A stretch of DNA of 64,000 nt, from assembly GCA_015057865.1 (NCBI GenBank), contig SVDH01000005.1:29950-93949 (forward strand), given 5' to 3'. This DNA comes from Lachnospiraceae bacterium. GTDB lineage: Bacteria > Bacillota > Clostridia > Lachnospirales > Lachnospiraceae. Below are positions 46,295 to 55,301 of the stretch, piece by piece. The notes below the pieces were generated by a model. It was not told the origin of the DNA, did no database searches, and saw only the letters and a program-made list of their open reading frames with translations. Position numbers and translations under genes: made by a program. Position 1 is the stretch's first letter, and each line of letters starts with the position of its first letter.

Positions 46295-47938
46295 ATGACA
46301 GAGTTTTTGTGCCAGGAAGAAACAAAGAATCAAGGGAAAGCTGTTCCGAAAATCCTTCATAAAAAAGGGTATCTTTATGTAACGGAATTTTTTGCCGGAA
46401 TGGCAGTAATGGCTGTGGAACTGGGTGCCAGCAGACTGCTGGCGCCTTATTTCAGTTCGTCACAGATCGTCTGGACGATCATTATCGGGACGATCATGAT
46501 CGCGATGGCCCTGGGAAATGTATGGGGCGGCCGGATGGCAGACCGATATCCGGAGCCGGACCGTCTCTATAAAAGGATGCTGATCGCTGCAGTCTGGATC
46601 GCATTGATCCCCGTTTTGGGGAAATATGTGATCGTCGGGATCACGGGGATCCTGATCATCACGATCAATACCAATCTGCTGATCTGGGCAGCATTTCTTG
46701 CATGCATGATCATTTTTGTGTTCCCGCTGTTTTTGCTGGGGACGGTAACGCCTTCCCTGGTGAAGTTTGCGACCGGGAATCTCGAACATAATGCAAGCGT
46801 TGTCGGCTCGCTGGGTGCCTGTAACACTATCGGAAGTATCATCGGTACATTCCTGCCGACGTTTGTAACGATCCCCGCTGTCGGAACGGCAGTGACGTTT
46901 TTACTGTTTTCCGGCATCCTGCTGGTGATCGCATTGGTCTATTTTATATCGGCAAAGGGCGGAAAGCGGATGAGTGCTATTGCGGTTGCTGCATTTATCG
47001 TTTGCAGTATTTTCGGAAACTCTGACAGCTTTGCCTTTTGGGAAGATGATCTGACCTATGAAGGAGAATCTGTTTACAATTACCTTCAGGTGCGGGATAC
47101 AAAGAGCAGCACGATTCTGTCGACAAATGTATTGTTTGGGGTTCAGTCTGTGCGCATGAAAGAGGGCGGTCTGACCGGAATGTACTATGATTACGCGCTG
47201 GCAGCGCCTGTTATGGCGCATGTGGCGGACAGGGAGGACCCGTCGCTTTTGGTGCTTGGCATGGGGACGGGCACGTTTGCGCAGCAGACGGCAGAGTATT
47301 TCCCGGATGTGTCAGTAGAAGGTGTGGAGATTGACGAATCGATCACAGATCTTGCGCATGCGTATTTTGAACTGTCAGAAGGGATTCCGGTTACGACCTA
47401 TGACGGACGTGCCTATCTGTATGCGGATGAGCATCTGTATGATGTGATCATGGTGGATGCCTATCAGGATATCACCATTCCGTTTCAGATGAGCTCTGTT
47501 GAATTCTTTCAGCTTGTAAAAGAGCATTTAAAACCCGGCGGGGTCATGGTCGTCAATATGAATATGCACACCGATGAAAAAGGGAATATCAATGAGTACC
47601 TTTCCGATACGATCGATTCGGTTTTCTTGGATGTGGCATATGTAGATGTGAAGGGTTCTACCAACAGGGAACTGTTTGCCAGTGATGATCCGGATGTGAT
47701 CGATGCTTTTTTAAAGCAGCCGACAAAGACGGATTCTGCAGAACTGAATTCCATGATGGAAGAAGTGCGGAGCGGTATGACGCCGTATCAGGGCGGAAAC
47801 TGTATTTTTACAGATGATAAAGCGCCGGTTGAACTGATGGGAATGAAAGCGATCGATGCGCTGATCCGGGATGAGCTGGGATATTATAAAGATCTTTACC
47901 ATGAAAAAGGCTTAAAAGGCCTGATGGATGAATTATAA
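46295..47938 (+). CDS. membrane-fused spermidine-synthase-like (aminopropyltransferase fold) protein
   Basis: About 7 N-terminal TM helices, then LVLGMGTGTFA...VEGVEIDE...DVIMVDAY, a SAM-MTase/SpeE-like fold. Confidence 0.75.
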   Translation: MTEFLCQEETKNQGKAVPKILHKKGYLYVTEFFAGMAVMAVELGASRLLAPYFSSSQIVWTIIIGTIMIAMALGNVWGGRMADRYPEPDRLYKRMLIAAVWIALIPVLGKYVIVGITGILIITINTNLLIWAAFLACMIIFVFPLFLLGTVTPSLVKFATGNLEHNASVVGSLGACNTIGSIIGTFLPTFVTIPAVGTAVTFLLFSGILLVIALVYFISAKGGKRMSAIAVAAFIVCSIFGNSDSFAFWEDDLTYEGESVYNYLQVRDTKSSTILSTNVLFGVQSVRMKEGGLTGMYYDYALAAPVMAHVADREDPSLLVLGMGTGTFAQQTAEYFPDVSVEGVEIDESITDLAHAYFELSEGIPVTTYDGRAYLYADEHLYDVIMVDAYQDITIPFQMSSVEFFQLVKEHLKPGGVMVVNMNMHTDEKGNINEYLSDTIDSVFLDVAYVDVKGSTNRELFASDDPDVIDAFLKQPTKTDSAELNSMMEEVRSGMTPYQGGNCIFTDDKAPVELMGMKAIDALIRDELGYYKDLYHEKGLKGLMDEL

Positions 47939-47972
47939 ACGTCGTGAAAAGATACGATAAGAGGATGCGTAT

Positions 47973-50237
47973 ATGGGAAAACGGATCGCACTCATCGTAG
48001 CGGTCGTGGCGGTCGCGCTTGCGCTGACCGGCAATTCGATCGGATGGATCCAGCGGACAGAGCTTAGCCGCGAGGAGTATTTTGCGTCTTTTGCGCAAGA
48101 TTACAGAGAACAGGGGAAAGATGATGACGGGAACACCATGATCCTGGTGTCCGCGCCTGATTTTTCGCGCCTTCAGAAAGAATCAGCGAGACCGATCGCG
48201 GAACTGAACGTCAATGACCTTCAGGTTCTGGTTTCCGGTCATCCTGCATACAAAAAGGACTATACGTTTCCGGTAGAGGAAGTCTCACAGGAGTCGGTAC
48301 AGGAAGGGTTCTTCCGGCAGCTGGCACTGGGCTATCTTTATCAGACGGGAGAGACCGCGGCGATCAGCGGACAATGGTCTGAAAAAAAGAGTGAAGCGGA
48401 TGCGGCGGTCCTTGCAAGTGAGATCACGGTTTCAACCGGATCATCACAGGAGCCTGCAGGTGATGACCTGAAGGAATATCTGACATGGTATCGGGACGGC
48501 AAGGCGGAAAACCTGCTGCTGCTTCCCGAAAACTATAATTACTGGAAGGTGGCAGAAGCGCTTGAACCGGAGAATGCGGAAGCGATCTGTTATCAGCCGG
48601 TCTATGAACTGACAGGAGAAGAATTTGCGGTAGAGGATGCCGATTACTATGAGATCCTGATGGAAGAACTGGTACTGATGGATCTTGACGAAAGTAAAAC
48701 AGAATATGCTTCCGAGCTGACCTTTGACAACCTGCATTCCTTTGTGGATGCGGAATTTGAAAAAGAGATCATGCGCAAAGCAGTGGTAGACCGACTTGCG
48801 GGGAGCAGCCCTGGGATGGCATCTCTGCGGGATGATATCAATAACGTTACGACCCTGATCAAAAACGGGACGGAAAGCGGCTATGAATGGTCAGAAAGTA
48901 TGGCGGTCTTTGAAGTCATGGCGGAAAGCTATGCGGATTTTGACAATCTGCTGACAACCATTTCCGCAAATAGCGATGGGGCATTAAAGGAGCAGGCAGA
49001 TGTGCTTCTTGCTGAAACGCAAAAGGCCATGCGGATCCGTCTGCAGACCTATCAGAGCTTTTCCAATGCGACCAGAAGCGATTTCGATGTCCGCTGGCTC
49101 AACGCGATCTTCTTTGAGGCGGCAAAAGCATCGGAGGATTATGCGAATGACGAACAGTTCAGCCGGATGATCGACGAGGCCGAGAGACTGTTTGGCCTGG
49201 TTTCGATCAGACAGGACATGAAGCAGAATATCGCTGCGATGACGGTGCTCCCGCAGCCGGAGCTTGTAAGCTGTATGCAGAACACAAGCGAACTGATTGC
49301 GCAGGCCAGGATCGACCGGGTCGTTGAACAGGCTCTTTACGCACTGACAACCCAGATCCAGAAAGAACAGTCTGCCGGTACACTGCAGGAGATCACCGGA
49401 AAGGCATATATAGCATATTCCAAGTACCTGTTGTTTGGCAGGATGCATGGGGAATATCTGCTGCACGGGTTTGTGTCGACCGATAAGGATGTGCGGCAGT
49501 GGTTTACAGAGAATGTCGGTACAGACATTGTCTCCTGGTATGATACAAAGAGCGCAAATCTTCTGAATATGAGAAGCGATCTTTTGAAGGTCCATGAGTC
49601 TGATCTGGAATCCTATGAAGGACACAGCTATCTTTGCGTTGATTCCGGGAAAACCTGGGAAGAGGCGAAGGAATTCTGTGAATCCATGGGCGGGCATCTG
49701 GCCTGTGTCAATACAGAAGGCGAGCAGAAATTCATCGAGTCCCTGATCGGAAGCGGTGATATGCATCAATACTGGCTCGGCGGCTACGCATCGGGCGAGG
49801 CGTATGTCTGGATCACCGGGGAAGAGTTTTCCTATACCAACTGGGATGTGAAAGAGCCGGGCGGTGAAGGTCTTACGGCCGGCGGCACATATCTGCAGAT
49901 CTTAAAGGACGCGGATCCAAAGATCACGGACAGTAAGGCATTTGCCTGGAAGCTGGCACCGGTTGACAATATCTATCAGGTGGAAAAACCGGAGTTGATC
50001 AAAAAAGCGGAAGAGGAAGCCAAAAAGGCACAGGAGGCTGCCGCGGCGCAAGCTGCCGGAGAGCAGAGTGCAGGAAATACTACGGCCGCCGCTCCGGCCG
50101 GCACGGATCAGGCAGCGGTACTGACACCTGAGCAGCAGAAAGAGCTGGAAGCAGTACAGAAACAATATAAAGAAGACCTGGATACAGTAGGTTTTTATGG
50201 AACAGATCACGTCGGCTTCATATGTGAGTGGGATTGA
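47973..50237 (+). CDS. membrane-anchored protein with a C-terminal C-type lectin-like domain
   Basis: N-terminal TM. CTLD signature YLCVDSGKTWEEAKEFCESMGGHLACVNTEGEQKFI...YWLGGY...YVWITGEEFSYTNWDVKEPGG and a terminal GFICEWD. The ~550-aa N-terminal region is unassigned. Confidence 0.65.
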   Translation: MGKRIALIVAVVAVALALTGNSIGWIQRTELSREEYFASFAQDYREQGKDDDGNTMILVSAPDFSRLQKESARPIAELNVNDLQVLVSGHPAYKKDYTFPVEEVSQESVQEGFFRQLALGYLYQTGETAAISGQWSEKKSEADAAVLASEITVSTGSSQEPAGDDLKEYLTWYRDGKAENLLLLPENYNYWKVAEALEPENAEAICYQPVYELTGEEFAVEDADYYEILMEELVLMDLDESKTEYASELTFDNLHSFVDAEFEKEIMRKAVVDRLAGSSPGMASLRDDINNVTTLIKNGTESGYEWSESMAVFEVMAESYADFDNLLTTISANSDGALKEQADVLLAETQKAMRIRLQTYQSFSNATRSDFDVRWLNAIFFEAAKASEDYANDEQFSRMIDEAERLFGLVSIRQDMKQNIAAMTVLPQPELVSCMQNTSELIAQARIDRVVEQALYALTTQIQKEQSAGTLQEITGKAYIAYSKYLLFGRMHGEYLLHGFVSTDKDVRQWFTENVGTDIVSWYDTKSANLLNMRSDLLKVHESDLESYEGHSYLCVDSGKTWEEAKEFCESMGGHLACVNTEGEQKFIESLIGSGDMHQYWLGGYASGEAYVWITGEEFSYTNWDVKEPGGEGLTAGGTYLQILKDADPKITDSKAFAWKLAPVDNIYQVEKPELIKKAEEEAKKAQEAAAAQAAGEQSAGNTTAAAPAGTDQAAVLTPEQQKELEAVQKQYKEDLDTVGFYGTDHVGFICEWD

Positions 50238-50262
50238 TCTGCCAAATGAGGCAGGTAATGCG

Positions 50263-51009
50263 ATGAGTTATAAAGATGAAAAAAGAAAACCGGATCTGTA
50301 TGAGTCCGAAAACGTAGTGAAGCTGGATTTTCAGAATATCAACGGAACAACGATAGAAGATGTTCAGCGTCTTCTTGAGATGCAGCATCAGTTTGATGAT
50401 TTCCGTAAACTGATGATGGAATACGAGTGTGCGATCTCTGAGGTGCGGACAAAACTGGACGTGCTGAATGCAGAGATGTCACTCCGCACGGACCGGAATC
50501 CGTTTGAATCGATCAAGGTACGCCTGAAGTCGCCCATCAGCATTTATGAAAAGATCGAGCGCCGCGGTTATCCGTTTACAGTGGAAAGCATCCGTGATAA
50601 TCTGCATGATATCGCGGGGATCCGTGTGGTCTGCTCGTTTATTGATGATATCTACAGGCTGCGGGATTATCTGCTGCAGCAGGACGATGTCACGCTTGTG
50701 GAGGAAAAGGATTATATCGCCAACCCGAAGCCGAACGGTTACAGGAGTCTTCATATTATTATCGAGATTCCGGTATTCATGGTAGAAGGCAAAGTCCTGA
50801 GAAGGGTAGAGGTGCAGTTTCGGACGATCGCAATGGATTTCTGGGCCAGTCTGGAACACAAACTGAAATATAAGAGGGATATCGAGAATGCGGAAACCAT
50901 CATAGAGGAGCTTGCCATCAGCGCCGATATGGTCAATCAGCTTGACCGGCGCATGCAGCAGATCCGGGAAAAGATCGATGGAAACACAATAAAGGAAGAG
51001 AACATGTAA
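50263..51009 (+). CDS. small alarmone synthetase (RelQ/RelP-type GTP pyrophosphokinase)
   Basis: RelA/SpoT synthetase core: IKVRLKSPISIYEKIERRG...DIAGIRVVC...NGYRSLHIII...VEVQFRTIAMDFWASLEHKLKYK. Confidence 0.85.
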   Translation: MSYKDEKRKPDLYESENVVKLDFQNINGTTIEDVQRLLEMQHQFDDFRKLMMEYECAISEVRTKLDVLNAEMSLRTDRNPFESIKVRLKSPISIYEKIERRGYPFTVESIRDNLHDIAGIRVVCSFIDDIYRLRDYLLQQDDVTLVEEKDYIANPKPNGYRSLHIIIEIPVFMVEGKVLRRVEVQFRTIAMDFWASLEHKLKYKRDIENAETIIEELAISADMVNQLDRRMQQIREKIDGNTIKEENM

Positions 51010-51015
51010 AGAAAG

Positions 51016-51049
51016 GCCGCGCAACTTTTTTGGTTGACGCGGCTTTTTT
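51016..51049 (+). terminator. rho-independent terminator after the alarmone synthetase gene
   Basis: GCCGCGCAAC / GTTGACGCGGC stem followed by T6. Confidence 0.6.
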
Positions 51050-51062
51050 CATATGGTATAGT
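51034..51062 (+). promoter_or_regulatory. candidate promoter for rpmG-secE-nusG
   Basis: TTGACG, 17-nt spacer, TATAGT (preceded by TGG). Overlaps the terminator's 3' arm. Confidence 0.4.
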
Positions 51063-51130
51063 AGTGTGGCTAAAGAAGCAATTGGTCTTTTTTTTATGCC
51101 TAAAAATAGAATTGGATGGAGGTGGAAGCC

Positions 51131-51280
51131 GTGCGTGTGAAGATCACATTGGCCTGCACAGAGTGTAAGCAGAGAAATTACGATTTAACAAAGGAAAAGA
51201 AAAATCATCCGGATCGTATGGAAGTAAGAAAGTACTGCAGATTCTGCAGAAAACATACTCTTCATAAGGAAACAAAGTAA
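51131..51280 (+). CDS. rpmG: 50S ribosomal protein L33
   Basis: Not in the ORF track (49 aa, GTG start). My translation: [58 protein letters not shown]. Confidence 0.85.
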   Translation: MRVKITLACTECKQRNYDLTKEKKNHPDRMEVRKYCRFCRKHTLHKETK

Positions 51281-51486
51281 TGGGAAAAGAGAAAAACGAA
51301 AAAGCCGAAAGAGGAGCATGGTTTGCCGGACTGAAGTCTGAGTTTTCCAAAATCGCCTGGCTGGACCGCCCAACGCTGTTTAAGCAGGTTGTAGCTGTAA
51401 TCATCGTCTCAGTGATCCTGGGTATTATTATTGCTGCGCTTGATTTTGGTATTCAGCAGGGCGTGGATTTCCTTGTCAGTCTTTGA
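51280..51486 (+). CDS. secE: preprotein translocase subunit SecE
   Basis: 68 aa. WFAGLKSEFSKIAWLDRPTLFKQ followed by a single TM. TAATG overlap with rpmG. Canonical position before nusG. Confidence 0.85.
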   Translation: MGKEKNEKAERGAWFAGLKSEFSKIAWLDRPTLFKQVVAVIIVSVILGIIIAALDFGIQQGVDFLVSL

Positions 51487-51510
51487 CCGTAGAAAGGAGC
51501 AGATGCATAT

Positions 51511-52026
51511 ATGGCAGAAGCGCATTGGTATGTAGTTCACACCTATTCCGGTTATGAGAATAAAGTAAAAGCGAATATTGAGAAAAAGATTGAAAACCGT
51601 CATCTGGAAAATGAGATCCTGGAAGTACGTGTTCCGATGCAGGATGTGATCGAGCTCAAGAACGGAGCGAGAAAGCCGGTGCAGAAGAAGATGTTCCCGG
51701 GATATGTTCTGATCAACATGATCATGAATGATGATACCTGGTATGTCGTTCGCAACACCAGAGGTGTGACGGGATTTGTCGGTCCCGGATCCAAACCGGT
51801 ACCGCTGACGGAAGCAGAGATGCGTCCGCTCGGCATCAAAGTGGAGAATCTGGTCATTGATTATGCAGAGGGCGATTCTGTTAAGGTGATCGCCGGCGTA
51901 TGGCGTGATACGGTCGGCATTGTCCGCAAGATGGATATGAACAAACAGATCGTTACGATCAATGTCGAGCTGTTTGGCCGTGAGACGCCTGTTGAGATCA
52001 GCTTCGAAGATGTCCAGAAGCTCTGA
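51511..52026 (+). CDS. nusG: transcription termination/antitermination factor NusG
   Basis: HWYVVHTYSGYENKV NGN domain and a KOW motif (GDSVKVIAGVWRDTVGIV). Confidence 0.95.
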   Translation: MAEAHWYVVHTYSGYENKVKANIEKKIENRHLENEILEVRVPMQDVIELKNGARKPVQKKMFPGYVLINMIMNDDTWYVVRNTRGVTGFVGPGSKPVPLTEAEMRPLGIKVENLVIDYAEGDSVKVIAGVWRDTVGIVRKMDMNKQIVTINVELFGRETPVEISFEDVQKL

Positions 52027-52083
52027 TAGTTGTTAGATTCTGTGTGTCAACCGCAGTTATCTTTATAAAGGAGGCTATGAAAA

Positions 52084-52509
52084 ATGGCAAAAAAAGTAGA
52101 AGGGTTTATTAAGTTGCAGATCCCTGCCGGAAAAGCAACACCGGCCCCGCCGGTCGGTCCCGCTCTTGGTCAGCACGGTGTTAACATCGTGGAGTTTACC
52201 AAGCAGTTTAACGCAAAAACGGCGGACATGGGTGATACGATCATTCCGGTCGTGATCACAGTATATGCTGACAGAAGCTTTAGCTTCATTACAAAGACAC
52301 CGCCGGCACCGGTTCTGATCAAAAAGGCATGCAAGATCCAGTCAGGATCAGGACAGCCGAACAGAACAAAGGTCGCAAAGATCACAAAGGATCAGATCCG
52401 CGAGATCGCTGAGACCAAAATGCCGGACCTGAATGCAGCAAACATCGAATCTGCCATGAGCATGATCGAAGGTACCTGCAGAAGCATGGGTGTTGTTGTA
52501 GAAGACTAA
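52084..52509 (+). CDS. rplK: 50S ribosomal protein L11
   Basis: [26 protein letters not shown]. Confidence 0.97.
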   Translation: MAKKVEGFIKLQIPAGKATPAPPVGPALGQHGVNIVEFTKQFNAKTADMGDTIIPVVITVYADRSFSFITKTPPAPVLIKKACKIQSGSGQPNRTKVAKITKDQIREIAETKMPDLNAANIESAMSMIEGTCRSMGVVVED

Positions 52510-52556
52510 AGGTTTTCGTGGGAGAAGAAATTCGCGATCACCACAGGAGGTAAAGA

Positions 52557-53249
52557 ATGAAACGAGGAAAGAAATATCTTGAAGCTGCAAAGTCTTATGA
52601 CAAAACGGTTCAGTATGATCCGGAAGCAGCGATCGAGATCGTAAAAGAGAATGCAAAAGCAGGATTTGATGAGACGATCGAAGCGCATATCCGTACAGGC
52701 TGCGATTCCAGACATGCAGATCAGCAGATCCGTGGAGCGGTCGTACTTCCGCATGGAACAGGTAAAACAGTCCGCGTCCTTGTTTTTGCAAAAGGAACAA
52801 AACTGGATGAAGCACAGGAAGCCGGCGCAGATTTCGTTGGCGGAGAAGAGCTGCTTCCCCGAATTCAGAATGATGGATGGCTTGACTTTGATGTCGTAGT
52901 TGCGACACCGGATATGATGGGCGTTGTAGGACGTCTCGGACGTGTACTTGGACCGAAAGGCCTGATGCCGAACCCGAAAGCCGGTACCGTAACGATGGAT
53001 GTAGCAAAAGCCATTGCCGATATTAAAGCCGGTAAGATCGAGTACCGTCTGGATAAGTCCAATATTATCCACGTGCCGATCGGCAAAGCATCCTTTACGA
53101 AAGAACAGATTCTTGAGAACTTCCAGACCCTGATGGGCGCAGTTGTAAAGGCAAGACCGAGCGCAGTAAAAGGTGCGTTCTTAAAGAACATTACGATTGC
53201 ATCTACCATGGGACCGGGCGTAAAAGTAAACCCGGCGAAGTTCGTTTAA
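52557..53249 (+). CDS. rplA: 50S ribosomal protein L1
   Basis: 230 aa. [12 protein letters not shown]... through GPGVKVN. Confidence 0.97.
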   Translation: MKRGKKYLEAAKSYDKTVQYDPEAAIEIVKENAKAGFDETIEAHIRTGCDSRHADQQIRGAVVLPHGTGKTVRVLVFAKGTKLDEAQEAGADFVGGEELLPRIQNDGWLDFDVVVATPDMMGVVGRLGRVLGPKGLMPNPKAGTVTMDVAKAIADIKAGKIEYRLDKSNIIHVPIGKASFTKEQILENFQTLMGAVVKARPSAVKGAFLKNITIASTMGPGVKVNPAKFV

Positions 53250-53265
53250 ACAATAATCTTTTGTG

Positions 53266-53294
53266 GTTGACACACAGAATATAAAATGCTAGAA
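53266..53294 (+). promoter_or_regulatory. candidate promoter for rplJL
   Basis: TTGACA, 17-nt spacer, TAGAAT. Confidence 0.5.
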
Positions 53295-53299
53295 TAGCA

Positions 53300-53500
53300 A
53301 AGCAATTGCCGAAGACAGCAGGTGCCAAAAGGCGTAATCATTGTGAGCCTGCCGAGGGAATTTACAAAGAGACGCGAAAGCGTATATTGTAAAGAGTTTA
53401 TACTCCCTCTGTCTTGTGCAGGCAGAGGGAGTTTCTTGTATACACTCCCGTGGCAATTTTTGTAACCATTGTGCACGAATCAAAAGGAGGTGTACGTTTC
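53300..53500 (+). promoter_or_regulatory. structured 5' leader of rplJ (position and type of the Firmicutes L10 leader/attenuator)
   Basis: A ~200-nt untranslated leader between the promoter and the GTG start. It contains the hairpin ACTCCCTCTG (53402-53411) / CAGAGGGAGT (53423-53432), followed by TTCTTGT. I cannot verify the covariation model by eye. Confidence 0.5.
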
Positions 53501-54127
53501 GTGGCAAAAGTAGAATTAAAACAGCCGATCGTACAAGAGATATCCGAGCAGATCGCCGGCGCGCAGAGCATCGTACTGGTAGATCACCGCGGACTGACCG
53601 TTGCAGAGGATACAAAACTTCGTAAAGAGCTGAGAGAAGCAGGCGTTTCTTATAAAGTATATAAGAACACTCTGATGAACTTTGCTTTTAAGGGAACGGA
53701 GTTTGAAGCTCTCACGGAATGCTTGAAAGGACCGAGCGCCATCGCAGTTTCAAAAGAAGATGCGACAGCACCGGCCAGAATCCTTGTAAACTTTGCAAAG
53801 AATGCTCCGAAGCTTGAGCTCAAAGCAGGCATCGTGGAAGGCCAGATGTATGATGTGAATGGCCTGAAGGAAGTTGCTGCCGTACCGGCAAGAGAAGTCC
53901 TGATTTCCAAGCTGCTTGGAAGCATGCAGTCACCGATCGCAAATCTGGCTCGCGTTCTGAACCAGATCGCAGAGAATGGTGGCGGCGCAGCAGCTGCTGC
54001 AGAAGCACCGGCTGAAGAGACAGCAGAAGCACCGGCAGAAGAAGCTGCAGAAGCACCGGCAGAGGAAGCTGCTCCGGCAGAAGAAGCTGCAGAAGCACCG
54101 GCAGAGGAAGCACCGGCTGCAGAATAG
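53501..54127 (+). CDS. rplJ: 50S ribosomal protein L10 with an Ala/Glu/Pro repeat tail
   Basis: GTG start 8 nt after AAGGAGGTG. VAKVELKQPIVQEISEQIAGAQSIVLVDHRGLTVAE. Confidence 0.9.
   Translation: MAKVELKQPIVQEISEQIAGAQSIVLVDHRGLTVAEDTKLRKELREAGVSYKVYKNTLMNFAFKGTEFEALTECLKGPSAIAVSKEDATAPARILVNFAKNAPKLELKAGIVEGQMYDVNGLKEVAAVPAREVLISKLLGSMQSPIANLARVLNQIAENGGGAAAAAEAPAEETAEAPAEEAAEAPAEEAAPAEEAAEAPAEEAPAAE
53999..54124 (+). repeat. in-frame tandem repeat (~24-nt unit, GCAGAAGCACCGGCAGAAGAAGCT) encoding (AEAPAEEA)n at the rplJ 3' end
   Basis: About 5 consecutive near-identical units are visible in the DNA and in the protein (AEAPAEETAEAPAEEAAEAPAEEAAPAEEAAEAPAEEAPAAE). Confidence 0.75.
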
Positions 54128-54207
54128 GCCGGAAGTTACCTGGATAGCGCCATGCGGCGCAAACCTGTAATGTTAATAAGTATTATAATTTCTGGAGGAA
54201 AGAAATC

Positions 54208-54585
54208 ATGGCAAAATTAACTACTGAAGAATTTATCGAAGCGATCAAAGAGCTGACAGTACTGGAGCTGAATGATCTGGTAAAAGCATGTGAAGAAGAG
54301 TTTGGCGTATCTGCAGCAGCAGGCGTTGTTGTAGCAGCAGCAGGCGGTGACGCAGGCGCAGCTGAGGAAGAGAAAGATTCCTTTGATGCTGAGCTGACAG
54401 AGATCGGCCCGAACAAGGTTAAGGTTATCAAGGTTGTTCGTGAGATCACAGGTCTTGGCCTGAAAGAAGCAAAAGAGCTGGTTGACAGTGCACCGAAGAT
54501 GATCAAAGAGGGCGTTGACAAGGCAGAAGCTGAAGAGATCAAGGCTAAGGTTGAAGCAGAAGGTGCTGTTGTTACACTGAAGTAA
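54208..54585 (+). CDS. rplL: 50S ribosomal protein L7/L12
   Basis: [34 protein letters not shown]... through [10 protein letters not shown]. Confidence 0.97.
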   Translation: MAKLTTEEFIEAIKELTVLELNDLVKACEEEFGVSAAAGVVVAAAGGDAGAAEEEKDSFDAELTEIGPNKVKVIKVVREITGLGLKEAKELVDSAPKMIKEGVDKAEAEEIKAKVEAEGAVVTLK

Positions 54586-54586
54586 T

Positions 54587-55078
54587 ATGCGCACGAGAAA
54601 AAAACTGGCTGCCTTTTGCAATATCATTGGTATCGTGATATTGGCAGTGGTGATTGCCGCATGTGTACCGATCGCGGCGCCGAGGTTTCTGGGGTATCAG
54701 GCATACAACATCATGAGTGGAAGTATGGAACCCGAGATTCCTGTCGGCAGTCTGGTTTATGTCAAGCCGATTGCACCTGAGGATATCGAACCTAACGATG
54801 TGATCGCTTTTTCTTCAAATGATTCTGTGATTGTTCACAGGACAGTTGAGAACCATATCGTAGAAGGCGAGATCGTTACCAAGGGCGACGCGAATGAGGC
54901 GGAAGATATGGCACCGGTTGCCTATCAGTCGGTCCTTGGCCGTGTTGAACGCCACATCCCTTATCTGGGACAGCTGATGCTGATCTTAGGATCCGGGATC
55001 GGAAAGGTGTGCATGTTGTGTCTTGCGGTATGCGGGATCCTGCTCAATGTTTTGGGCAGCAGGCTGAGACAAGAATGA
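54587..55078 (+). CDS. signal peptidase I (SipW/archaeal-type S26B)
   Basis: N-terminal TM, catalytic SGSMEP box, KGDAN box, C-terminal TM. The ATG follows 1 nt after the rplL stop. Confidence 0.8.
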   Translation: MRTRKKLAAFCNIIGIVILAVVIAACVPIAAPRFLGYQAYNIMSGSMEPEIPVGSLVYVKPIAPEDIEPNDVIAFSSNDSVIVHRTVENHIVEGEIVTKGDANEAEDMAPVAYQSVLGRVERHIPYLGQLMLILGSGIGKVCMLCLAVCGILLNVLGSRLRQE

Positions 55079-55087
55079 GATACTTGG

Positions 55088-55127
55088 GCGGAGAATTTTC
55101 TTTTGAAAATTCTCCGCTTGTTTTTTT
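55088..55127 (+). terminator. rho-independent terminator before rpoB
   Basis: GCGGAGAATTTTC / GAAAATTCTCCGC stem followed by TTGTTTTTTT. Confidence 0.7.
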
Positions 55128-55301
55128 CTAAAAACCATAAAATTTCCTTGACACTTGACATACATTTATGATATCCTTATTTGCGCTTTACTGCGTAAAC
55201 ATGGGTGAACTATGCCCTGAGCAGTGAAAATGCACGAAATCTGATATGATTTCTTAGGACTTTTACCAAAAAACACGCATATTTTGAGAGGTGGAACGTC
55301 A

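Noticed and set aside
53999-54124. A regularly spaced short-repeat array that might be a CRISPR. Lys/Glu/Ala-rich repeats also occur at 23470-23650 and 34300-34480.
   Set aside because: The repeats are in frame, contiguous (no spacers) and lie inside well-supported CDSs. They are coding low-complexity or tandem repeats.
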